A stretch of DNA of 64,000 nt, from NCBI RefSeq assembly GCF_001194135.2, contig NC_068995.1, forward strand, positions 56,608,328-56,672,327, written 5' to 3'. Positions 13,547-27,240 of this stretch are shown one piece after another (position 1 is the first letter of the stretch; each line of letters starts with the position of its first letter). The position numbers were made by a program, and so were the translations under genes. Source of the stretch: Octopus bimaculoides (lineage: Eukaryota). The notes beneath the pieces are model-generated. The model was not told the DNA's origin and did no database searches. It worked only from the letters and a program-made list of their open reading frames with translations.

Positions 13547-15631
13547 TGATAATAATAACAATGGTTTCAAATTTTGGCACAAGGCTAGCTGTTTTGGAGG
13601 ATGGTATGAGTCACATACAATGACCCTAGTATTCAACTGAAATTTTCTTATCAAGTGATTACATTATCTCAGTGGTCCTTGATATTTTTCCCTCGGCAGT
13701 GCACCGGAGACCAGCTAAAGAATTGCTAGCACACATCACACAGGAATTTTTTGAAAAAATATGTCTTTCAGTATAAAAATACAGAGAAAAACTACAGAAA
13801 ACTACAGCTTAGTTTTATCAATAAATAATATTTTTGATAGCAAAATTATGGATAACACAAATTAGTTATTAGTGACAGAAGCAGTATTAATTCAAAATAG
13901 CATTGTGTATATCTTACTGAATGTGGATATACTTAGAAAAGCCACAATACTGCAGGACTTGTCCCAAGAAAGCATCTCATGAACACCTCAGTGCTATGGC
14001 TTCACACAGTCTATTCTACATTATGTAAAATATACAGATTATTATCCTGAACAAAACACTTTTGAAGGTACTCAAGCATTTATAAGGATTTTTTGTAAGA
14101 CTTCAATTTTATGTTTAAACAAATTACAGGGCATTTAGATAGACCTTATGGTGATGCTCTGCCAGAGAATTGTTGGGTTTTCTGTTTTTTTTTTTGGCAG
14201 TTCTACCAAATGAAATAGTGTGGTGTGTGAGATGGTGAAGAGTGGTGTGTGGCAAGTTTAGATGCTCCTTCACAGTAGTGCTCTGCCTGAGATCAAGTGT
14301 ATTAAACATGAAAAAGATTCATCAATAAATAAATTTGACTGGAATATTGAAAAGGACAAATATGAAACTAAATTATTGCTACATTATCATGGCCTTTATT
14401 TTAAACAAATAGACCTATTTATTTCACCAAAAGGTAGAATAAATGAATAAATTATTTAAACAGTAAAAAAACTGTCAATGCACGTATGCATAATGGTATG
14501 CATTTATGTATACAAATATATATTACGTCTGAGCATTACATATAACTTCAGGTCAAAATTAAGAGCTTTCACAAATATATAAAAAGAAAAAAGAGAGGTG
14601 GGAGAGTAAAAGTTCCAATAAATTTATCAACAATTGGATGATAATTGCTGTTTGGTATGTGCTTTGTTTTACAATTACTTTCTGTTGAGAAAACTATTCT
14701 TTGCCTTCTTTGGAAAGTTCTAATGATGTGAAGGTTACTATGGAAACAGATAACATTGAAGATGAAAACAGAATAGAAAGTACATAGGCACATCCAGAGT
14801 TAAGTGAACACATGAAGAATGAAAGAATATGCAAGTTAAAGTAAAACAATGCAGATTAACCAAACAAGAGGTTTAACTGTAAGGGATTGCAATTTCCATG
14901 CATGCATGTATGTATAACTGCACATGGAAATGTATGGATATATATATATATATATATATGTATACACACATGCACACACACGTGACTATATGAGTGTTCC
15001 AATAATTTTTAAGTGATATAATAACTAGGCACATCACAGAAATATTTTAATCAAGCAAACTAGTTACGTCTTTAATATATATGTGTATGTGAATATATAT
15101 GTGTGTGTGCGCATATGTGTATACATGTATATATATCAACATTTAATGTCCTCTATCTATAAACATGTATACATATGTATGTGTGTGCATGTACATATGT
15201 ATGTATATTTGTGTATACATATATATATGCATAAATATATATATATATATATATATATGCAAGGCTTATTTATATGCTCTAAGAATACATTTGGCAGAGA
15301 CAGAAACAGATAAAAGAAGAGAAAAATGTTCTAATTTAATATATTTGAAGTAGTTTGAAATTACCAGGAAATTGCTAGATAATTTCCCTGAAGTGCCAGC
15401 TGTAACGAGAATCCCCGTCCGCATCATATTTTAAAAGTTATTCATTCAATTAGTTACATGTTTGTTTGCACTTCTGTGTGCATGTCTCAGTCATTGCAAT
15501 ACCACAAAACAAAACAACTTACTATTACTACCACTATTTACAGATGCATGCACGCATACATACACACAGACACACACACACACACACACGCATATATATA
15601 TATATNNNNNNNNNNTATATATATATATATA

Positions 15632-15768
15632 GGTGCATGGCACAGTGGTTAGAGTGTCAGGCTTACAATCGCAAGGTTGTGAGTTTAATTCCCGGATTGG
15701 GCTGTGTGTTGTGTTCTTGAGCAAGAAACTTTATTTCATGTTACTCCAGTTCCCTCAGCTGTAGAAAT
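15632..15768 (+). mobile_element. tRNA-derived SINE family D head
   Basis: GGTGCATGGCACAGTGGTTAGAGTG (A box), GAGTTTAATTCCC (B box), then GTGTTCTTGAGCAAGAAACTTTATTTCA. Related copies lie at 24930-25000 (-), 52630-52700 (-), 55309 and 55562. Confidence 0.8.
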
Positions 15769-15774
15769 ATATAT

Positions 15775-15808
<34 letters not shown>

Positions 15809-16281
15809 CCAACCCATGCCAACATGGAAAATAGATGTTAGATGATGATGATGATAGTGATGATGTATANNNNNNNNNNNNNNNNNNNNNNNNNNNNNNN
15901 NNNNNNNNNNNNNNNNNNNNNNNNNNNNNNNNNNNNNNNNNNNNNNNNNNNNNNNNNNNNNNNNNNNNNNNNNNNNNNNNNNNNNNNNNNNNNNNNNNNN
16001 NNNNNNNNNNNNNNNNNNNNNNNNNNNNNNNNNNNNNNNNNNNNNNNNNNNNNNNNNNNNNNNNNNNNNNNNNNNNNNNNNNNNNNNNNNNNNNNNNNNN
16101 NNNNNNNNNNNNNNNNNNNNNNNNNNNNNNNNNNNNNNNNNNNNNNNNNNNNNNNNNNNNNNNNNNNNNNNNNNNNNNNNNNNNNNNNNNNNNNNNNNNN
16201 NNNNNNNNNNNNNNNNNNNNNNNNNNNNNNNNNNNNNNNNNNNNNNNNNNNNNNNNNNNNNNNNNNNNNNNNNNNNNNNNN

Positions 16282-16318
<37 letters not shown>

Positions 16319-18219
16319 TATATACATACATACATATATACATACACACACACACTGAGGAGCAAGGGAGAAAGATAAACAGAGAGGGAAAGATAAAGTT
16401 ATATATACATAAAAAACAGATGTTTTGGCAAGTGTATTATGTGTTGAGAAATAAATATGGCTTATGTGTGGGGCATGATTTCAGTTAATCAAATGCCAAT
16501 TGTTTTATTGAATATAATTAAATACAATATATTTTGCAGTTAATATAAATCTCACAGCATATGCATACGTGTGTGTGTGTGTGTGTGTGCATGCGTGTGA
16601 GCATGTTTCTGAGCGCATATTCCAGCATACATGCATTCATACATACACTCATAAATTAGCTGGATTTAATAATATTAGGAATGTGCAAAATATAAATTTT
16701 TATTAAAATTCACATTCACAGCAAATTTATTCTGTGTCTTATTCTAGTAGGTCCAAGAAATGTCGAATAACAAAATGAATATATAAAAATAAAAAAATTA
16801 AAAAAGTAACATTAACAAAAATTTAAAAATAAGGAAACCAAAAACCATATTGGCAAATCAACATAATTCTTAAAATGTGTTTTTTTTTTTCAATGTAATA
16901 ATTCATCTGACATGAAATAAGTTTAACCAAAAATGTCACCTAGTTATTTATATAATATCTTCCTACACCTGTTAAATGATAAACAATGACTGTTTTTAAT
17001 TTCATTATGTAAATTAGTGACTATTTAGATATCTATTTCAGCTGCAGCGAAATTATTACAATTTATTTATTTTTTGTTTGTTTTGTCTTTTGCATTTTTT
17101 TCTCCAATGGGACATTTCCAAACGAAAGAGAAAGAGACAGATACACAGAACTGTTAGGAATTATTCTGACGTTTGAAAATAGATACCTCTGGGAATTCAA
17201 TATGTATCAATTTTTTTGTTTGTCTATGATGGTTAAAAATTCAATTTATTGTTTAATTAACAAATATCAGATAATTTTTTTTGAGAGACATAAAGTCCTT
17301 CAATCTGAATTAATTCAAACAATAGGCATAAGTATGGCAATGCAGTTAAGAAGATTGTTTTCAAACCACTTACTATCAGGTTCAATCCTGCAGTTTGGCA
17401 TCTTGAGTAAGTGCCTTCTGCTATAGTCCTGAACTGGTCAAAGCCTTGAGAGTAGATTTGGTAGATGGAAACTAAAAGCCTATCTATCTCTCTCTCTATC
17501 TATCTGTCTGTATGTATGTATACATGCATGTGTGTGCATCTCTGTGTGTATGCATGCATTCCTGTAAGTGTGTATGTGTGTCACTTCATTTTAGTAGTCA
17601 TGAATGCAGGAAAGGAAGAAAAAGAGAGAGGCATTTGGATGTGATGGCTTGCATCATAAACTTATGCTGCGTAACATACATCCAACACATTTAATGGACA
17701 TTTCACACCATTTATTAGATACAAGTTGAATTATACTTCTTTTTTGTTATTCTTTCTGTAACATAAAATTCTTTTTTAAATCCCCATATTAAAAAAAAAC
17801 AACAACAAATATTTTAGTGTGCGCATGTGTTTGTGTAAGGGCCTATGGTTTGTCAAATGTTTAATTGTTTGCTCAGATAGCTATGCTTAGATACTAATCG
17901 TATTCAACAGACATGCTTGGAATTTAAATTTATTTTATCAATTTACTATTTTTATACAAAGAATTTTTTCTTACATCATAACATACCAGCATCACATGTG
18001 TACATGTCGTTCAGCCTAAGTCAACCTTGATTGATCAGAACTACAATGAAAAGCATTCCAGCCATGACCAGACCATATTTTGAACACTACATAGGCTTTA
18101 GATTATCTAATGTGTATTTCCATTATCTAAGACTACTGGATGTGATTTGACAGAAATTTGGTTGCTATTTCTAGCAGGTTGTGAATTATTCACTGGTTCA
18201 AGTGGAAGAGTTTGTTTCA

Positions 18220-18600
18220 TTTGAAAATAAAATCTATTCTTTCATCTTTTTCTTGCTTCAGTCATTGGGCTATGGTCATACTGGAGCAATGATTTGAAGA
18301 GCTTAGTCAAGGAAATTGAGCACAGAACTTATTTTTTAAAATTTGGTACTTATTTTATTGATCTGGTTTGCAGAACCGCTAAGTTATGAGGGTGTAAAAA
18401 AACCAACATAAATTGTTAGCTAATGTGGGTGGGGGACAAAAACAAACACACGCACACACCTAAAGAGGCTTCCAAAGTTACTCCCAAGTAAATTCATTCA
18501 CAAGACATTGGTTCTACCAGAGCCATAAAAGAGAACCCTTGCCCAGGGTGTCACACTGTGGGACTAAGCCCTTGTGGCTTTAAGTTCTGTCTGTCATAAC
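18220..18600 (-). mobile_element. Family A SINE, decayed
   Basis: TTGCTTCAGTCATTGGGCTATGGTCATACTGGAGCA tail and CTTGCCCAGGGTGTCACACTGTGGGACT head fragment. Confidence 0.65.
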
Positions 18601-18618
18601 AACAACAANNNNNNNNNN

Positions 18619-18674
<56 letters not shown>

Positions 18675-19366
18675 GGACAATTGGATAACATTTCCTAGAT
18701 CTTTTATACTATTTGCAATTATGTAGGCAAATTAGGTGATAAAGTTGTGTTTGTGTTGGATATGCAATCGAGAAAGAGAAAAGGAGAGAAGGAGAAAGCT
18801 AGAGAGAATGAAAGAAAGAAAGAAAGAAAGAAAGAAAGGAGCCAATGTAGGTCATTAACTGCCCATTCTAAACCATATTGTCTGTCTGTTGACGATTCCT
18901 TACCTTTTAATTACCATTTTATGACTTCTTGTTGCTTCTTTTTGTTTGTTGTTTGTTAATTCTGAGACAAAATGACTGAGAATGGCCAACAGAGTGAAGT
19001 ATAATGATGATGTTGTAGAAGGTGGTGCAGTGGTGGTGGTGGTGGTGGTGTATGGCAGTTGGAATGTTCAGGTAAGGCTACGGTGGGGTGCAATGCATGA
19101 TTAGCAAAGTAAAGTGGTAGGTAACATCTCATTTCTGACCAAGGGTGAATGGATAGGTTCTGATGGAAGGCATTCATTTTGTGTTCGTTGTATTTTTCCC
19201 CATAAAACCTACTACTACTATAACACATACCAGCACCACCACTACCACTACTACAGCTGTTGTTAGATCTGACAAGAGTTTTTTTCATGACTGCCATCAT
19301 ACACTTGCTATAATTGTTAGAACCGCTGCCTATCTTCAATGTTACTAGAATTCACACCTTTGTAAA

Positions 19367-19404
<38 letters not shown>

Positions 19405-19635
19405 AATGCATCATTTCCTCTTAGAGGTCTTTTAACAAACAGTGAAGTTAGTTGCAACTGAATGACAACAAAAGAAAACAAAAAAAAAGCTGCAAATGCC
19501 ATCTTCACAGCATTTACTCCTCATAATCTGTATATTGACAACACTATCGCTACATTATTATAATCATGATATCACATTATGTCATTATAGATTATTATCA
19601 TCATCATCATCATATCATCACTCCACACACAGACA

Positions 19636-19673
<38 letters not shown>

Positions 19674-19720
19674 GTAAAGAGAGATGTTATCTTAGCAACA
19701 TGACTTGACTTTATCTCCAT

Positions 19721-19751
<31 letters not shown>

Positions 19752-20669
19752 AGATACGAACACACTGATCACAGTAACAAATGAATAGCCGTAAGACTAC
19801 TTACTATACATGACGGTTACAACAACAACAATAACCAAAAAGAATCATAAGATGAGGCTATGAATGAAACAACAACAACAAAAGGGAGATAAGAACAGTT
19901 AAAAAGCAAGATCCTATCTGCTGGACAGGGTGTTGGTTGATTATGTAATGCTGCGATAAAGCATATAAGTGATNNNNNNNNNNNNNNNNNNNNNNNNNNN
20001 NNNNNNNNNNNNNNNNNNNNNNNNNNNNNNNNNNNNNNNNNNNNNNNNNNTATATATATATATATATATATATACATACATATATATATATATATATGGT
20101 ATACAATATACATCTATAATGTTTCTGTATATGTGGTGTGTGTGTGTCCCCGCATGGTTTTATATTGACATGCAAGTCTTCTGAAGAAGAGATTAACAAT
20201 AAAATGATTCATATCATTAGTATTGATGAAGTTATTCTAGTATCAGGTGGATGTAGACATGGCTGTGGGTCTAAGACTTTTTCTTCACAAGCATATGGCC
20301 GTGAGTTCAGTCCCACTGCATGGCATCTTGGGAGCAGGTGTCTTTTACTGTAGCCTCAGCCAATATCTTGTGAATGAAACAGATATAAACTGAACAAAAG
20401 CTTCATGTCATCATCATCATCATAACCATCACCATCATTTAATATACATTTAATATACATTTACTGTATCTGTAAAGACAGCCTGTGTTTACTTCTCTCA
20501 ACTTAGCAATGAAAAGAGATTCCAGAAATAAGTACTGTACTCAAAGTGATCAAACAAAGCAGTTTACAGAGTGCTGCAGCATGGTCACAGTCCAACAACT
20601 GAAATAATTAAAAGGGAACAAAAGTATGGAACTTGAAGACGAAATACTGCAAAATTATTTTCTCTCGTA

Positions 20670-20682
<13 letters not shown>

Positions 20683-20702
<20 letters not shown>

Positions 20703-21301
20703 NNNNNNNNNNNNNNNNNNNNNNNNNNNNNNNNNNNNNNNNNNNNNNNNNNNNNNNNNNNNNNNNNNNNNNNNNNNNNNNNNNNNNNNNNNNNNNNNNN
20801 NNNNNNNNNNNNNNNNNNNNNNNNNNNNNNNNNNNNNNNNNNNNNNNNNNNNNNNNNNNNNNNNNNNNNNNNNNNNNNNNNNNNNNNNNNNNNNNNNNNN
20901 NNNNNNNNNNNNNNNNNNNNNNNNNNNNNNNNNNNNNNNNNNNNNNNNNNNNNNNNNNNNNNNNNNNNNNNNNNNNNNNNNNNNNNNNNNNNNNNNNNNN
21001 NNNNNNNNNNNNNNNNNNNNNNNNNNNNNNNNNNNNNNNNNNNNNNNNNNNNNNNNNNNNNNNNNNNNNNNNNNNNNNNNNNNNNNNNNNNNNNNNNNNN
21101 NNNNNNNNNNNNNNNNNNNNNNNNNNNNNNNNNNNNNNNNNNNNNNNNNNNNNNNNNNNNNNNNNNNNNNNNNNNNNNNNNNNNNNNNNNNNNNNNNNNN
21201 NNNNNNNNNNNNNNNNNNNNNNNNNNNNNNNNNNNNNNNNNNNNNNNNNNNNNNNNNNNNNNNNNNNNNNNNNNNNNNNNNNNNNNNNNNNNNNNNNNNN
21301 N

Positions 21302-21345
<44 letters not shown>
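20683..21345. other. Largest assembly gap (N 20703-21301), between (CT)n and (TA)n microsatellites
   Basis: About 600 N flanked by simple repeats; representative of most gaps in the window. Confidence 0.95.
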
Positions 21346-21346
<1 letters not shown>

Positions 21347-23194
21347 CACACATATGTATATATACATAAAGATGCATATACAGACATATACATGCACATA
21401 AACACACATATACATACTTATACACACACACACACACACCACAATCATATCCATATACATGTATGCACATATATATATGTACATTCATACACAAGCTTTC
21501 TTTCTCCCCACCCTCTCTCTCTCTCACACACACACACACAGTATACATACCTTCCAAATGTTTCCGAATTTGACAACATATGAATATCCATGATTATTAC
21601 ATATGGTGTTGTTGTTGTCTGAGTTGTTGGAGAGGCGGTACTTACAGAAGCTAATCACCATAACAATACAAGCCGAAGACTACCAGAAATTTATTGAAAA
21701 ATGCATATTCTTTAGATTTCTAGTGACAAGAATACATGATATAGCGACATTCACAGAAATCAGAATGGCAATCAAGGCTGGCAAGAAGGAAGAAAATAGC
21801 AGCTGGGAGTAGGCTACCCTGTGTTTGTGCACTCTCAACTTCAAAATCCCAGAGTTGGTTGGGGAAGAGAAAGTTTCATCTCTCATCTATTGCTTCTTTT
21901 TTTTTTCCTTCTCTGTACTTTGACCAGTTTGGTCTGTAATTAGGTGAGTATAATATATGACACCTCCAAAGCAGCTTTCCTCTCCACAACCTGGGGCAGA
22001 AAGCAAATAACAGTTATGTAACTCCACCACCTTCACCACCACTATTTCTTGTAAAACTTCTAGGAAGACAAAAACTACCACCGCCACCACCACCAGCACC
22101 AGCACCAGCACCACCACCTAGTCTCCTCAAATGTGTACACATAGCCAACCATCCTGCTACCACTTCTAAGAATCTATGGATTTTTATGGTAGGATAAATT
22201 TCATAAGAATAGCAGGCTAATAATTCCATTTTGTCTTGTTTTTGTTGTTTTTTTTTTGTTTGTTTCATGATATAAAATTGTTTTGGAAAAAATAAACAGA
22301 CAAATAAACTACAACATCAACAATAATGACAACAACAATAATAATAATAATAATAATAATAATGATAATAATTAGAATAAATTAAAATAGAAAAACATAA
22401 CAACAAATGATCAACATAACTGCTGATTTCTGTCTCCAAGATAATTAGTGTGGTTTATCAGTATCTTCAAAGACCTCTGAGCACTGGCAGCAAAGTATCT
22501 CTGCATAGAGTAACTGAAATTGCTGGGCAAAAATGGTAATCAGGCCTACATTTTAACTGCTAGTTCTATGAAAGAACAGAATAGAGACATGCTGGCTGCT
22601 TTGTCCAAAGACATACACATGGCAATTTCCGCTTAAGTAGTGAAAATTTATCACTTTCCTTTTCATTCCCGATCTTCATATTTTTTTTTTGTTTTTGTTT
22701 TCAGGGAAGAAGGAAAGGAATGAGAAATCTTGGAAGCAATTGAAGAATTCATTGGCACACAATCAAGAAATTATATTCTGCAGTTGCTTACAGCTCTGGA
22801 TGAAGAGGAACAGCAACATGTCTGAGTTACTTTGTTCTTCTGATGGCAAGATTTAGTTGTTATAGCAGTAAATTCTTGTCAAATAACAAGTAAATTCAAT
22901 TCCATTGGTAAAATGGTAGAATAACTTTTGAAAAGAAGAATCTGCAAACAGTATTGGTGGAATTATGGTCCAATGGAAACACTTCATGTTGGAATCTGCA
23001 GCCCTCTTTAAATTTCCAACTGAAATCATTCCTTTACAGTACCAGTGTCCTCTGGAACTGCACGGGCATCACAAATTTCCAAATGTTTTCCTTCACATGT
23101 CTAAGAATTTATGCTGAAGAAGTGAAGTGTAAGAAAGGACTTGAGAGGAAATAAGCATTGTGTGTGGAGTTCTTCCTCCACAAGGCTCAGTCCT

Positions 23195-23690
23195 TGTGGT
23201 GTGGTAGCAATATGTCTCTCAATAACTTTGAGAGCTGAGCCAAGAGAGTTCAATCACCTGGAGGGATTTCCCATACTAGATAGGCCAAAAGACAGGCCAA
23301 AGCTATAAAGATCACTTCACTCCAAAAATAAAAATGGATTTGTGTAGGGCCAACATTCTTATCTAGACAACAAAAAAAAACAAAGTTACAAAAGCATTGA
23401 TGATAATTCTAAACCAACAAAATCAGGGAGAATAAGGCCTTTCTTTAGGGAAACATGTGATGTGGTTAAGCAAAATCTGAAAGGAAACCAATATCCTACA
23501 TCACACACCAGGCCCTGACCTGGGATGCACAAGGCAGGTGGAAGAGGAGACACCCTAAAAAGAAGTGGAGGCAGGTTACAAAGGCTGAGCAGGAACCTAG
23601 CTGGTGAGAAGCAGAAAAGATTTGAGAACAGTCAAGGAAAACCATCAACAGCCTATGATCTTAAGGGAGGGACACAGTTCTAACAATGGA
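23195..23690 (+). mobile_element. Internally deleted RTE-type element, copy 1 (5'UTR-like part joined to the ORF C-terminus)
   Basis: From 23503 it translates THQALTWDAQGRWKRRHPKKKWRQ, like the RTE C-terminal ALxWxPxGKRxRGRPKxTWR motif. The upstream part aligns by eye with 49305-49616. Confidence 0.7.
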
Positions 23691-23829
23691 TATACAAGAA
23701 GAAGTGAAAAATGCATGAATACAGGTCTTTAGATTTTCCAGGTGTAGTCAGTGGCAAGAAAACCTTTGCAATCATGTTTATGGCAATCCATTAAAATGCA
23801 GCCGGTGAATAAGTATTTCTTGTTGGTGC

Positions 23830-23970
23830 AGAAATGGCTATAAAGTGAATAAGCTCACTTTGCAGCCATATTGTTTCAAGAAAAGAGCCGCTGCACGACA
23901 CCATGGGCAAATGTCTAATACTACAACCCCAGGCAAACTAAAGCCCAGTGAGTGAATTTGGTAGACACAA

Positions 23971-24040
<70 letters not shown>

Positions 24041-24170
24041 TTTGTGCTAGTACTTGTCACTGCCACCACTTGACAACTGTAAAGAAAAATTTCACGTCAC
24101 AACATGTCAGTAAGCTTGGATATCCTTTCACAGTGGACTACAAACCAACAACACCAACAGGAAGCCATTG
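23830..24170 (+). mobile_element. Family A SINE with internal (GT)n
   Basis: CACCATGGGCAAATGTCT..GAATTTGGTAGAC, then (TG)n, then CCACTTGACAACTG. Confidence 0.6.
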
Positions 24171-24631
24171 TTTAAAACTCAACAAACATGAGAGAAATAC
24201 AAACTCACTCACACAGACTATATGTGGTGTGTGTGTGTGTGTGTGTGTGTGCATGCGTTTGTGTGTACGCGCATGCACGTGCCTAAATACAGGTATGATC
24301 AATTTTGATTCTCTTTAATTAAAGAATATTTAATTAATAGTTAAATATTTTAAAAAAAAAACCGAAAGTATTTTACTTATAGTTTAGAATAATAACATTT
24401 CAATTTCTGTTAATGCTTCATGATTTTCACTGTGCCAGTTCCATTTCCCAGATAAACTAATGATATTAATGGTACAACTTTGATGTGTTTTGCAGTAAGT
24501 CACAAAGATTCTTCAGAACAACTTTATAACACTTAAATTCATTAGATGGATATGAAATTAACCAAACCAATATAAATATATACCTGCATACACGCTCGCA
24601 CACACACACACACACACACGCACAAAAATGG

Positions 24632-24791
24632 TTCATACACATGTCTATATACACACATGCACAAAAAAACAGGGCTAAAGGCAAAATTCCCCAAAAAGTG
24701 AAAAAATAAGCAATTTTTTACACCGTTTTCTGTACTTTGCCTTTAGCCCTGTTTTTTCTTGTGTATGTGCATATATAGACATGTGTATGAA
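24632..24791. repeat. Inverted repeat, ~55 bp arms with a 50 bp spacer
   Basis: Left arm TTCATACACATGTCTATATACACACATGCACAAAAAAACAGGGCTAAAGGCAAA (24632-24685). Right arm TTTGCCTTTAGCCCTGTTTTTTCTTGTGTATGTGCATATATAGACATGTGTATGAA (24736-24791). Confidence 0.9.
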
Positions 24792-26939
24792 TCTCATTAT
24801 GCATACATGTCATGTGATCATGTGACTGACCACATTATCAGATGTTGTTACACATCACTGGTTACATGATGCCACTCCACTGGGTAGGGGAGCAGGCTAA
24901 CATTCCCTCTTGATCAAAAGGGGGACTGGAGTAATGTGAAATGAATTGTCTTGCTCAAGAACACAACATGTCACCCAGTCAGGGAATCAAACCCATGACC
25001 TGTTACATATGCCTCAGTGTTCAATAATTAATTAATGACGTCACACTATAAATGCAATCTATTGATGCAACTTAAGTGCAGCATACATAATTAAAATGAA
25101 CGCATTCTCAGACAGAGATGCTACACACACAAACACACACACACACGTACAAGACTGTAAGCATCACTTGCAAGGCAAACATTGACACCTTCTCAGCTCT
25201 CCCACCCTTCATCCCAAAGGTTATCAAAGATATGACAACTAGAGACAGAGGGGAGGGGCAGTACCATCACTGAACTGGTGCTTGTTTTTGTTTTCAGCTG
25301 AGTAGTTTAATGTACACTGCCCAGTCCAGGGACAGAAACCATGACCTTATGATTAGAAGCTTAACACTCTTACCAGGACAGATTTCTTTCGGTTTGGATC
25401 TACCAAATCAACTTGCAAGGCTTTGGTCAGTTTGGGGTTACAGCAGAAGGCACGTACCCGATGTGCCTTGTAGTAGGATTAAACCTGAGATTATGTGGTT
25501 TGGAAAGAAACTTCTTAATCATGCAGCCATGCCTGTGTCTGATGTGCATATAATATTAAATAGTAAAACATTCCCTTCACTAATATAAAACAATTGTTTT
25601 AAATACAGTTGATATTCCCCTGACAAGTCGTAATAAAATTTATGGCCCAATTCATGTTTTTCTGATACACCATATACATTTAAACATATGCTTCTGCAGA
25701 TAAAGAGCAAAGTTGAAGCCAAAAAAAAAAAATGGGTTAGATTCTAATCTTACTGCAAAAGGCTTGTCATTTATGCATTCCATTTAACTTCCTCTTTGAT
25801 GTACGAGCTATGTGGGTACCAGATATAGGTTGTTAAATCTACAAGATAGTTTTATTGGAATTTAAATCAAGGCCTTGTGTTCCTCAGTTCAATGCTTTCA
25901 TTGCAGAAGTTTGGCCAAGTGCCATTTAAATTTTTAACTTATTCCGTTATATGTTAAGTGAAAGATAAGTAAATATTAATATGATTAAAAATGAAATAGA
26001 AATATATGCTTGAAAGACTACTGTAATTTTTCATAACTTCCCATTTAAAATAAACTGTGAAGTGATTTTCTGTCGTTCTTAACCACAGATTTATCATTGC
26101 AGAAAGTCTTATATATCTTCAAAAAACAAAAATAAGTGCTAAAACATCGAATATATAGAAAAATAATTGTAAAGTAATTAATTGAACAACATAATGCTTT
26201 CATTGTGATTTCATGAGAAATTTATGACCAGAGAACTAATTTGCAACAATTTCTAATTTCTGAAGGAGATTGCTTGAACCAGTTAAAAGCAGAAATACAA
26301 ATTGTTAAAACTGAAATACTTAAAAGTACATTTCTTAATAGTGTTCTCTTCAATCATACTTTTTTTTTTAGTCTCCAGTTTATATTTGCTACTCTTCTAA
26401 TATTAGTAACTATGTCTATTCAATGTAACCAATTTTTTTTTTTATTATATATGAGAAATATTTTCAATAAAAAAAATTAAATATATTCTCTTCTATTTTT
26501 AATTATCTGATGTCTCCTTGTATGGAAGAAGTTAGTTTCTATCAAATATATAAAACTCTATTGTTGGACTGTAGATAAAAAAAATTTCACATTTTGAACT
26601 TGAGTAAAGTTTTGCATATTTTTACTGTTCTGCTTATAGATGTTATATGTAATGTGCATGTTAGCATGTTGATTTCTTTTTCTGAAAGCTCCAGCTTTTC
26701 CAGATTGTCACTTAAACCATTTACTAACTAAACCAAGTACACTAATTATTTTTGGTATAAATGTGAATTTATAATCTATATTTAAAAGTTGGGAGCTTTT
26801 CTCTTCCCCAAATTAAACCTTCTCAGAATTTATTTCCCGTTTTTGTTGTCCTATCAGTAAAAATAAAATAAAATAAAACTACATCTGTGTAAAATAAACA
26901 TCATTCTCATCTTCTTCCTCCTTATTCGATACCTGTTAT

Positions 26940-27240
26940 ACATGCAGGCAGAATCCAAGAAATTGAAGGACTGCATCAAATTCTAATGTCAGCTTTGGCA
27001 TAATTTCTATGGTTGGATGCCCTTCCTAATGCCAACCACTCCACAAAGTGTTCTGGGTGCTTTTTTCGTGCCACCAGCACTAGTGAGGATGCCACAAAAC
27101 TTGAAAGACAAGAAAAGTAAAAAAAAAAACCTCCACTAAGTGTGTGGAGAGGTGGGGGATGGCTTTATGCTAAGTCTTGGGAGTGGTTAAAGTATGATAC
27201 AGAGTAAAGCCTAACTGTCTATAGAGAAAGTGTATAGCTA
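26940..27240 (-). mobile_element. Family B repeat, decayed
   Basis: GGATGCCCTTCCTAATGCCAACCACTCC and flanks match 12550-12600; downstream sequence matches 53930-54130. Confidence 0.7.
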
